A stretch of 64,000 nucleotides of DNA, taken from a virus. The stretch is taken from positions 32,001 to 96,000 of the IMG/VR virus record IMGVR_UViG_3300037137_001341, one strand, 5' to 3'. Each line of letters opens with the position of its first letter. The stretch's first letter is position 1. Below, one piece after another: positions 8,507 through 15,961 of this stretch. The notes beneath the pieces were generated by a model. That model did no database searches. It saw nothing but the letters and a program-made list of their open reading frames with translations, and was not told the DNA's origin. Position numbers and translations under genes: made by a program.

Positions 8507-9673
8507 ATGCTCACGTTCGCACAAGCTCGACGACGTCACAGCTTCTTCGGAAGCGTCGTGGACGCCAATAACGAGGGCCTCGCAGCCGACGCTTACGCCG
8601 GGGTCACAGGCCTGGGCGGCGAAGCCGGCGGCCTGGTCACGCTCGCGGTCGCCGATACGATGCCCACGGAATATGCCGTGCTGCTGGCGACCGATGACAT
8701 CGCCGCCGCGTTCGCGGCCAGCTGCGCTCTCGAAGCGTTCGCCGAACAAGTCCCGCCGCGGACACCGTACGAGGCACGCAAGATCGCGGACGAGGGCTGG
8801 CGCCGGTTCCGCGTGCTGGCCGACCAGGCCGGTCACCAGGATCACGGGCTCGGCGGGGACATGTCCGCCGCATGGGTCGTGTTCAAGACCGTGCAGGATC
8901 TCCAGCCGGACCCCGAGAAGATCAAGCGCATCGCGCTGCTCGCCGGGCGCATGTACCAGGCGCTCCGCGGCCAGAAGGATCGCCGCGTCAAGGGGATCCC
9001 GGAGGAAGTGATCGGGACGGAAACGGGCGGCGACGTCGCTGCTCTGCTCCCGTCAGAGTGGGCCCTGCTCGCAACGGACCCGACGCGCCGGCACCTGTTC
9101 GGCCAGATCGCGGAACGCCGCGCGCTGCAGTACGAGCGGGCCGGCAAAGAGAAGAAAGCTCGCGGTCCCCTGGTCATAGCCCTGGACGAATCGGGGTCGA
9201 TGGCGGAAGGGCGCGACGAATGGGCCAAGGCCGCGATGACGGCTCTCACGCGGATCGCGTGGGAGGAGAAGCGGCCCGTCGTGATCGTACACTTCAGCAC
9301 GGCAACCCGCGTGCAGGTACTCAAGCCCGGCGACAAGGCGGGTGTGGTCAAGGCGCAGCACACGTTCTTGGACGGCGGAACCGACATCGGCGCCGCTCTC
9401 CGGGTCGGCGTGGACGAGGTTGCAGCCCTCGCGACGCAAGGGCACCGCGGGGCCGACGTCGTGCTCGTGTCGGACGGCGGCGACGCCGGCCAGCGTGTGG
9501 GCGACGCCCTGAAGGATATGTCCAAGGCGGGGACGCGGCTCTGGAGCATCGCGATCGACACGCCGTTCCACGGTCCCCTGAAGGACCAGGCGTCGGAGTA
9601 CATCCACCTGACCGACGCGGACATGACCAGCGCAACGGGCGCGAAGAAGCTCGCCGGGGCGGTGACGCCGTGA
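8507..9673 (+). CDS. vWA-domain protein (ViaA/CoxE-like)
   Basis: LDESGSM MIDAS, GGTD, LVSDG. Confidence 0.88.
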   Translation: MLTFAQARRRHSFFGSVVDANNEGLAADAYAGVTGLGGEAGGLVTLAVADTMPTEYAVLLATDDIAAAFAASCALEAFAEQVPPRTPYEARKIADEGWRRFRVLADQAGHQDHGLGGDMSAAWVVFKTVQDLQPDPEKIKRIALLAGRMYQALRGQKDRRVKGIPEEVIGTETGGDVAALLPSEWALLATDPTRRHLFGQIAERRALQYERAGKEKKARGPLVIALDESGSMAEGRDEWAKAAMTALTRIAWEEKRPVVIVHFSTATRVQVLKPGDKAGVVKAQHTFLDGGTDIGAALRVGVDEVAALATQGHRGADVVLVSDGGDAGQRVGDALKDMSKAGTRLWSIAIDTPFHGPLKDQASEYIHLTDADMTSATGAKKLAGAVTP

Positions 9674-9948
9674 TCACCGTGCTGCAGACCAACCTCGGCT
9701 CCAAGGGGCACGAGTATCACATCACGCGGGCACATGACGGGACGGTCTACTGCGACTGCCCTGGCTGGAAGTTCTCGAAGGCGAGCCCGAAGTCGTGCAA
9801 GCACCTGGATCGCTGGAACGCGACCGCCCTCTACCGCACCGCAACGGTCACGGTGCAGGCGCCGCGGCCGGCGGCCCCGGTGCAGCATGTCCCCGCGGCC
9901 ATGCAACAACCAGCGGGCGAGGTTTTCCAGTCGTTCGACTGGCTCTAG
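9670..9948 (+). CDS. SWIM zinc-finger protein
   Basis: YCDCPGW..CKH (CxCx(n)CxH); GTGA coupling. Confidence 0.8.
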   Translation: MITVLQTNLGSKGHEYHITRAHDGTVYCDCPGWKFSKASPKSCKHLDRWNATALYRTATVTVQAPRPAAPVQHVPAAMQQPAGEVFQSFDWL

Positions 9949-9956
9949 GAGGACAC

Positions 9957-10271
9957 ATGACCACCGAGATCAGACTCGGAGACGTCGTGCAGAACGTCGT
10001 CGTGCAGAACGTGGGGCTCGCGTACCCGCGCTGGGTGCTCACCGATGTTCACCCGACTACGCTCCATATGTACGTGTGGATGGATGAGCGCGGCAACAAG
10101 GTGGACGACTACTTCCGCTGGGACAACGGCGAGCGTGTCATCGGCCACGTGGGGGACATGCTGGCGGAAGGGCTGGTGGCGCTCTTGCTTGGCGGCCCAG
10201 CCGTCGAGCCCCGCCGCGGACACCCGGAGGTCGCCACTGGCGAGGTCTTCGCCTCGCTCGACTGGATCTGA
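9957..10271 (+). CDS. Hypothetical protein, paralog of C-terminal domain of 299..1174
   Basis: GGAGGACACATG start; ERVIGHVGDMLAEGL. Confidence 0.75.
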   Translation: MTTEIRLGDVVQNVVVQNVGLAYPRWVLTDVHPTTLHMYVWMDERGNKVDDYFRWDNGERVIGHVGDMLAEGLVALLLGGPAVEPRRGHPEVATGEVFASLDWI

Positions 10272-10277
10272 GGACAC

Positions 10278-10679
10278 ATGCCGAACTTCGAGACGGACGA
10301 CAACAGCACGGACGATCGCTCGTTCCTGGACAACGGCGTCGTGCACCGCACGATCGACAAGTGCGACCACTGCTTCCGCGAGATCGACACGACGGGCGAC
10401 CCGAGCCCGACGTGTCCGTGCTGCGGGAACACGTCATGGGTGCGCGTGACCCTGACCGACCACTGCCCGTGGAGCTTCGCTGGCTGTCGCGGCCCGAGGG
10501 CGTCCGTCATGGAACATATCTGCGCGCAGTGCTTGAACACCCTGGCGGTCTGGGACCGGGTGGCACGCGCCGAACTCGTCTGCATGTGCCCCGCGTGCAT
10601 CGGTTCGGTCCCTCCCGAGGACCCCGTCTGTCCGGCAAGCCCCGGCTCCAAAGACGGCGACCCGTTCGATTGGCTCTGA
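10278..10679 (+). CDS. Cys-rich Zn-finger protein
   Basis: CDHC, CPCC, CAQC, CPAC. Confidence 0.7.
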   Translation: MPNFETDDNSTDDRSFLDNGVVHRTIDKCDHCFREIDTTGDPSPTCPCCGNTSWVRVTLTDHCPWSFAGCRGPRASVMEHICAQCLNTLAVWDRVARAELVCMCPACIGSVPPEDPVCPASPGSKDGDPFDWL

Positions 10680-10694
10680 CCCCCCGCGTCACGA

Positions 10695-10715
10695 CCCCCC
10701 GTTCCCGGTCAAGTA
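10695..10715 (+). promoter_or_regulatory. Conserved upstream motif copy 7
   Basis: CCCCCCGTTCCCGGTCAAGTA, identical to copy 3. Confidence 0.7.
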
Positions 10716-10739
10716 GACCAGAAGAAAGAAGGTAACCCG

Positions 10740-11144
10740 ATGCCCCCCTATGGACGAGACGAGCAGGTTCAAGCCCTGCACATGCTGAACGTGCTGGAGC
10801 GCGCCAAGGCGCTGATTGCGGCCATCGCGTCATCCGGCGGGATCGCCAAGGCGGATCTGTCTCAGGAGGGGATCCGCGACGCGCTCCGCAGCCTGTTCGA
10901 TGAGACGAGCAAACTGCAGGTGTACGAGTCACGAGCCGCGGCACGCGGCACCCTCTCGAAGCTGGACGACGAGGGGCTCGCTCTCGCAATCAAAGGCGTG
11001 CGGGATGGTCGCATCCTGACGGCTGGCGAGCAGGACGTGCGAAACGCGACGCCCGAGCAGATCGCGGAGGCCTTCTCGCTGGACGACGTCGAGCCCGTCA
11101 AGGCTCCCGAGCCCGGCAAGCCCGAGGACGCTTTCTCTCTCTAG
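10740..11144 (+). CDS. Hypothetical helical protein
   Basis: Follows motif copy 7; ends EDAFSL. Confidence 0.7.
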   Translation: MPPYGRDEQVQALHMLNVLERAKALIAAIASSGGIAKADLSQEGIRDALRSLFDETSKLQVYESRAAARGTLSKLDDEGLALAIKGVRDGRILTAGEQDVRNATPEQIAEAFSLDDVEPVKAPEPGKPEDAFSL

Positions 11145-11152
11145 GAGAACAC

Positions 11153-11401
11153 ATGACCATGATCGCAACGCGCTTCCGGTGTGCCAGCCCCGACCCGCTC
11201 CGGTGTCGGTACACTGACTGCATCGAGCAGCACCCGGCGGCGCCGGATTCGCTGGACGATGGCATCGAAGAGGCCGAGGAGGAGCGGATCACCTGTCCGA
11301 GCTGCCGGCGGGACATGGGCCTCCCGGATCTCAGTGACGAGGAGCGGGCAGCGGCGCGGAAGGGCCAGTACCTCACGGTGCCGCGACTGGAGAACACATG
11401 A
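11153..11401 (+). CDS. Small Cys-containing protein
   Basis: GGAGAACACATG start; CPSC. Confidence 0.65.
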   Translation: MTMIATRFRCASPDPLRCRYTDCIEQHPAAPDSLDDGIEEAEEERITCPSCRRDMGLPDLSDEERAAARKGQYLTVPRLENT

Positions 11402-11688
11402 CCACGACGAACGATGACAAGGGGCCGCTGTTCCAGACTGGCGAGATCGTCGCCACCCCCGGCGTGATGGAGGCGGTGACGCCCGAGCAGCTGGGCACGG
11501 CTCTCCACCGACACATGTCCGGGGACTGGGGCGACGCGGATCTCGAAGACGCCCACGCCAACAACATGTCGCTGCTGGATGGCTCGCGTCTGCTGTCCGT
11601 CTACAAGGCTGGCGAGACGAAGTTCTGGATCATCACGGAGGCAGAGCCCCGAGAGGTCACGACGTTTTTGCTGCCCGAGGAGTACTGA
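11398..11688 (+). CDS. Conserved plasmid/phage-related protein (ATPG..RH..GDWG..WIITE..TT.LLP.EY family)
   Basis: Recognisable motif string; function unknown. Confidence 0.8.
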   Translation: MTTTNDDKGPLFQTGEIVATPGVMEAVTPEQLGTALHRHMSGDWGDADLEDAHANNMSLLDGSRLLSVYKAGETKFWIITEAEPREVTTFLLPEEY

Positions 11689-11690
11689 AC

Positions 11691-12257
11691 ATGTCCGTGG
11701 TCAAGCCGTACCTGGAGGGCATGGTCGCGCTGCGAGCGCGCATGCCGCAGCCCACGCGGAAGCTCGCCTATTCGTGCTTCGAGGAGTTCGTGCTCAAGCA
11801 CGGCCGCGAGTACGACAAGGCGCCCCTCTCCGCGGAGCAGCGCAAGTATGTGCTGGCGACCGCGAAACGCTACGGAAGGCCCTTCGAGGTCCGACAGTGC
11901 TTCTACAACGCGCAGCTTCACATGCTGTTCGGTGGGGACCACGAGGAGCGGCTGACCTACTGCGAGGGCTACGGCGTCCGGTACATCCCGTGCTTGCACG
12001 GGTGGCTCGTGCTCGACGGCACGCACGTCATCGACACGACCTGGCGCATGGACAAGCCGATGGGCCGCGGCGCGCTGGCGAACCGCGCGCTCGGAACCTG
12101 GAACGATGAGCGGGCCTACTTCGGCGTGACGTTCTCCCGTGAGTACGTGAGCCGGTACGTGGTCGAGCGGGCGCACGGCGGCTCGCTGCTCGAAGATTTC
12201 AAAGGGGACTATCCCCTGCTCACCGGCGCGGTTGAGCGCGAGACGTGGGCTGCCTGA
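11691..12257 (+). CDS. Putative papain/transglutaminase-fold protein
   Basis: QCFYNA, YCEGY, HGWLV, VIDTTW give a candidate Cys-His-Asp triad. Confidence 0.6.
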   Translation: MSVVKPYLEGMVALRARMPQPTRKLAYSCFEEFVLKHGREYDKAPLSAEQRKYVLATAKRYGRPFEVRQCFYNAQLHMLFGGDHEERLTYCEGYGVRYIPCLHGWLVLDGTHVIDTTWRMDKPMGRGALANRALGTWNDERAYFGVTFSREYVSRYVVERAHGGSLLEDFKGDYPLLTGAVERETWAA

Positions 12258-12277
12258 TCTGAACCGAGGAGGAACAC

Positions 12278-12544
12278 ATGTCCGAGAAGAGCCCGAGAGA
12301 TTACGGCATGGGGATGCCCGACGTGCGCGGCGCGCCTCGCGTCGCCGAGATCCTGAAGAGCGGCGCGGACGGCTATGCGTGCCCGAACTGCGGGTGCGAG
12401 ACGATCGCGAAGATCGAGATCGACGTCGTTGACGCACGGCTGCACGGCGGCCACGGCACCGGGCGCTACGTCGGCTGCCCGGCATGTCCCTGGGCGAGCC
12501 CGATGGTCACCATGGCGGCGGGACCAGCGAAGGGGGATGCGTGA
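12278..12544 (+). CDS. Zn-ribbon protein
   Basis: CPNC..CPAC; GGAGGAACACATG start. Confidence 0.7.
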   Translation: MSEKSPRDYGMGMPDVRGAPRVAEILKSGADGYACPNCGCETIAKIEIDVVDARLHGGHGTGRYVGCPACPWASPMVTMAAGPAKGDA

Positions 12545-12819
12545 AGAAGAAGGCGACGGCGAAGAAGCGGCGTACGAAGATGCCCTGCGTCGACTGCGGC
12601 GGGCTGGGTGTTATCTTATTTCGCTTCTGGCTCAGCGACATCCTTCCGCTGATGGATGCGAACCTCGACGAGCAGCGCGCTACCATCTACCGCTGCGACA
12701 CATGCCGCAAGTACGCCGACAACCACGAGGCGAGCCAGGCTATCGAGGGCAAGGCGCGCCTGTACGACGAGATCATGGCGGTGCGCCCGGAGCACTTGCG
12801 CAAGAGAGGAGCCGCGTGA
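12541..12819 (+). CDS. Zn-finger protein
   Basis: CVDC..CDTC; GTGA coupling. Confidence 0.65.
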   Translation: MKKKATAKKRRTKMPCVDCGGLGVILFRFWLSDILPLMDANLDEQRATIYRCDTCRKYADNHEASQAIEGKARLYDEIMAVRPEHLRKRGAA

Positions 12820-13172
12820 TGCCGGCGCTCGGCCGGAAGTGGAGCGCGACGTACGGGCTCGAAGAGCACGCCGACCACGTCGAGTGCCTGCTCAGGAATA
12901 TCCTCGCCGTGATTCACGAGGACGGCGGGGAGCACACCAACAGTCTCGGGCTCGTCCCGTCATGTGCCGACGCGCTCGACAAGATCGCTGCGTGGCGCTC
13001 TCACGTCTGCCCCGACCCGGAGGATGTGGTGGACGAAACCATCGACAGCCTGGAGGAGAATCTCTCCGAGTGCGAGGACGAGTGCGAGGATCTGCGTGGA
13101 CAACTGTTCGACGCGAACGAGAAGCTCGGTGCAATCCGCATCGCGCTCAAGGACGCGCTGCGTGAGGAGTAG
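12819..13172 (+). CDS. Hypothetical protein with acidic coiled coil
   Basis: TGATG coupling; LLRNILAVIHEDGG. Confidence 0.65.
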   Translation: MPALGRKWSATYGLEEHADHVECLLRNILAVIHEDGGEHTNSLGLVPSCADALDKIAAWRSHVCPDPEDVVDETIDSLEENLSECEDECEDLRGQLFDANEKLGAIRIALKDALREE

Positions 13173-13176
13173 ACAC

Positions 13177-13773
13177 ATGTCCGACGAAAAGAACGACAAG
13201 AGCCAGCCCATCTTCTTCAGCGCGAAGGAATCCGAGGCACATGCGGAGGAGATCGCGTCGGTGATGGTCAAGGCTCTGGAGGCGGCCGTCAGCGAGTCCA
13301 AGCACCCCGTGTGGGCGCTAGCCGCGCTGCGCATGGCGACATGTGCCATGCGTCGAGCCTTGATCAAGGAGGACTACATGGACGAAGAGGCCGCGAAAAC
13401 CATGGAGGAATGGGTGGACGGCTGCATCACGGCCGAGCCCGATTTCGGTGCCGCTCTGGCCGAGCGGGAGATGTTCCGGCGATCGGTCAAGATGCCGGAC
13501 ACGGAGGGCGGGCATAACATGCAGGCGGCTATCAACGCCGGCACGCAGTGCCTCAACACCGCGTCGGAGTACGCGACGGACCCGATGGGGATCCTGGTTG
13601 TGCTCACCGCTGCCAGGTACATGGCCATGGCGGTGTTCAAGCACGAGCACCCAGACGACTACGAGGAGGCGTACACGTTGCTGCGCGCCTTCGAGAACAC
13701 CATCAGGCCGAAGGCCGTCGGCGTCGTGGAGGTTGCGCGGGATACGACCATGTCGAAGGGAGGAAGCGCGTGA
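13177..13773 (+). CDS. Hypothetical helical protein
   Basis: GAGGAG..ACACATG start. Confidence 0.7.
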   Translation: MSDEKNDKSQPIFFSAKESEAHAEEIASVMVKALEAAVSESKHPVWALAALRMATCAMRRALIKEDYMDEEAAKTMEEWVDGCITAEPDFGAALAEREMFRRSVKMPDTEGGHNMQAAINAGTQCLNTASEYATDPMGILVVLTAARYMAMAVFKHEHPDDYEEAYTLLRAFENTIRPKAVGVVEVARDTTMSKGGSA

Positions 13774-14426
13774 CCATCCCCGCCAGTGAAGCCGAGCCCG
13801 GCAAGATTTACCGGCTCACCCGAGATCCCGGCACGACGTACTACAAGCTCTGCGAGCCCGCGACCGTGAAGCGGCTGGAGAAGCGCCTGTACGCCCTGAA
13901 CGTGCAGACCATGTCCCCGGACGACCGGTACACGCTGCAGGCCCTTGCTCGTGTGCGCAACGCAGAACATGTGCTCGGGGTTCGATACATGCGGTACCTG
14001 AACACCGCGGGCGACCGCTGCGAGTCCAAGGCCTACGTGGCCTTCCCGCCTGACTACCCCTTGCGCGAAGTCGAGAAGCCCCCAGGTTACGGAGGGGCCA
14101 AGCGCAAGGGGGTGACGTCCGCGTCACAGGAGGAAGGATCCGCAGATGCCACGCAAGAAGAAGACGACGACCGAGAAGCTGGAGGAGCAGGAGAAGAAGA
14201 CCCAGGCCGACGAGATCACCAGGATCATTTCGGAGACATGTGCCCTCCTGGACGACATGCTGACCAAGGCGAACCCGGATCTGCCCAAGGCGCCGACGGC
14301 CCCTGTGCTTGCGAGGATGCAGGCGTACCTGGACAGGAGGGGCGTGAAGCCGGAAGATCCGGCCTGGATAGCCAGGATGCGGAAGACCACGAAAAACTAC
14401 AGGCTGCAGAAGGCGCACTCGCGTAG
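13770..14426 (+). CDS. Hypothetical protein; 3' part overlaps next gene
   Basis: GTGA coupling; first ~125 aa protein-like. Confidence 0.55.
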   Translation: MTIPASEAEPGKIYRLTRDPGTTYYKLCEPATVKRLEKRLYALNVQTMSPDDRYTLQALARVRNAEHVLGVRYMRYLNTAGDRCESKAYVAFPPDYPLREVEKPPGYGGAKRKGVTSASQEEGSADATQEEDDDREAGGAGEEDPGRRDHQDHFGDMCPPGRHADQGEPGSAQGADGPCACEDAGVPGQEGREAGRSGLDSQDAEDHEKLQAAEGALA

Positions 14427-14451
14427 CGAGGACGCTTTCGACTTGGATTGA
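14146..14451 (+). CDS. Hypothetical basic protein
   Basis: AGGAGGAAGG RBS; ends EDAFDLD. Confidence 0.7.
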   Translation: MPRKKKTTTEKLEEQEKKTQADEITRIISETCALLDDMLTKANPDLPKAPTAPVLARMQAYLDRRGVKPEDPAWIARMRKTTKNYRLQKAHSRSEDAFDLD

Positions 14452-14462
14452 GAGGGAGACGC

Positions 14463-14867
14463 ATGACACATCCGAACCAGCTTCCCTTCGACTGGTCCCG
14501 CGAGGACCGGCGCGAAAGCGCCCAGGCACGTGACCGCGGCATCGACCGCGCTGCGCGAGCCTCGGGCGAGTGGCAGGTGGACGCCATCGCGGCGATCCGC
14601 CTGGTCGCCGCGTCGAGGTCCGTGCTCACCACGGACGACGTGTGGCGGGCGCTCGGGCGCGACCCCGGCGTCGAGGGCCGCGCCATGGGGGCGGCGATGC
14701 GCGCGGCTGCCAAGCTCGGGCTGGTCGAGCGAACCGACCGGACGCGCAAGAGCGAACGGGTCGCCTGCCACCGTCGGGATCTGCGCCTGTGGCACTCGCG
14801 CATCTACAGCGGCGGCAAGACGCTGGTCGAGGTCTTCAGGGACTACGACGGGGAGCCCAAGCTATGA
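14463..14867 (+). CDS. Conserved phage protein, possible winged-helix DNA binder
   Basis: LTTDDVW..RAMGA..GLVERT..SER..H pattern; N-terminal QLPF. Confidence 0.65.
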   Translation: MTHPNQLPFDWSREDRRESAQARDRGIDRAARASGEWQVDAIAAIRLVAASRSVLTTDDVWRALGRDPGVEGRAMGAAMRAAAKLGLVERTDRTRKSERVACHRRDLRLWHSRIYSGGKTLVEVFRDYDGEPKL

Positions 14868-15469
14868 CCCGCAAGGTCACGGCGTTGGTGCTCGCCGCTG
14901 GGGCATGTGTCCTGGCGTGCAGCGGGGGCGAGTTCGCTGGGGCTCCAGGGCACGAGTCGACTTCAGGGGGCGCAACCGGGACCCCTCCCGACGGCGGCGC
15001 CGTGGTCATATCCCCCGGGACCGGTGGAGTCGCTCCCCGCCCTGGGACCGGGGGCTCCCCGTCGACTGGGGGATATGCTGGTGCCGGCGGCGCTGGTGGC
15101 TCCCCGGTGTCCGCAGGCGGCTCCGAAACTGGGGGCAGGCCCGTGGGCACGGCCGGCGGGTCTGGCGGGGTTACCCAGGCCCCTGACGCTGGCGCCGGGG
15201 GACATGTCCAGGGCACCGGAGGGGCGGCCCCCAGCGCGGGCGGCGTCCCAGGCACCGGAGGCGTTGGGGCCACTGGGGGATATGCTGGCGGGACGGGCAC
15301 GGGCGGGAGCGCCGTGGTGCGAGACAGCGTCTGTCCCGCCTTCATCTGTCCTGCGACCTGTCCGCCGCCACTGGCCCAGACGTGCTGCCTTGGCCCCACC
15401 ACTGGGCCGACCGGCTGCGGCTGCACCTACCCCACCGGGATGTCGAGCCAACCGTTCGCCTGCCACTAG
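14864..15469 (+). CDS. Lipoprotein with Gly/Thr linker and Cys-rich C-terminus (myxobacterial style)
   Basis: Signal with lipobox VLAC; TGG repeats, PDAG; 8 Cys at C-terminus. Confidence 0.75.
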   Translation: MTRKVTALVLAAGACVLACSGGEFAGAPGHESTSGGATGTPPDGGAVVISPGTGGVAPRPGTGGSPSTGGYAGAGGAGGSPVSAGGSETGGRPVGTAGGSGGVTQAPDAGAGGHVQGTGGAAPSAGGVPGTGGVGATGGYAGGTGTGGSAVVRDSVCPAFICPATCPPPLAQTCCLGPTTGPTGCGCTYPTGMSSQPFACH

Positions 15470-15900
15470 GGCAGCGCCCGAAGGTACTGCCGGAAGGCCC
15501 GGTTCGAGAGGGCCGGGATGCCCAAGGCGTCGCTGCGCCGGCTCCGCACGAGCATTAGCATGTCCGCACCGGGCTCCCCCGTGACCATGTGCAGCGCGAG
15601 CGCGGCGATGAACGCCGAGCGGTTCCGTCCCATCTGGCAGGTCACGAGGACCCTCCGTCCTCTGCGCATGTCCCTCGCGACGGCCTCCGCGGCTGTCCAG
15701 GCGGTCATCAGGTCGTCTGCCGTCGGCTCCGACGAGTCATCGAACGGGCAGTGCCGCACCCGCACGCCCGGGAAGGCCGCTGCCGGCGGCTGGTACTCCT
15801 CGGCCGCGAAGACGATGACGTCGAAGCGCCCCACGTAGTCCCCCGGCGGGGGCGCGGCGCCCACGTAGAGCCCTTCCACGATGCGGCTGGCGTCTGCCAC
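15466..15900 (-). CDS. Dual-specificity/tyrosine phosphatase
   Basis: LVTCQMGRNRS (CX5R), PFDD general-acid loop. Confidence 0.88.
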   Translation of the reverse strand: MADASRIVEGLYVGAAPPPGDYVGRFDVIVFAAEEYQPPAAAFPGVRVRHCPFDDSSEPTADDLMTAWTAAEAVARDMRRGRRVLVTCQMGRNRSAFIAALALHMVTGEPGADMLMLVRSRRSDALGIPALSNRAFRQYLRALP

Positions 15901-15961
15901 GGGCGGCAGAGTACCCGAAAGCCGCTGGGACCGAAATAGGCTGGTCTGTTATCGTAACGGG

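Noticed and set aside
2458-11401. Shared C-terminal EDT/ENT in several small proteins
   Set aside because: A by-product of the next gene's GGAG(G/A)ACACATGA start cassette, not a protein motif
11398-11688. Type I restriction M subunit label often attached to this family
   Set aside because: 96 aa with no methyltransferase motifs and no hsdR/hsdS nearby
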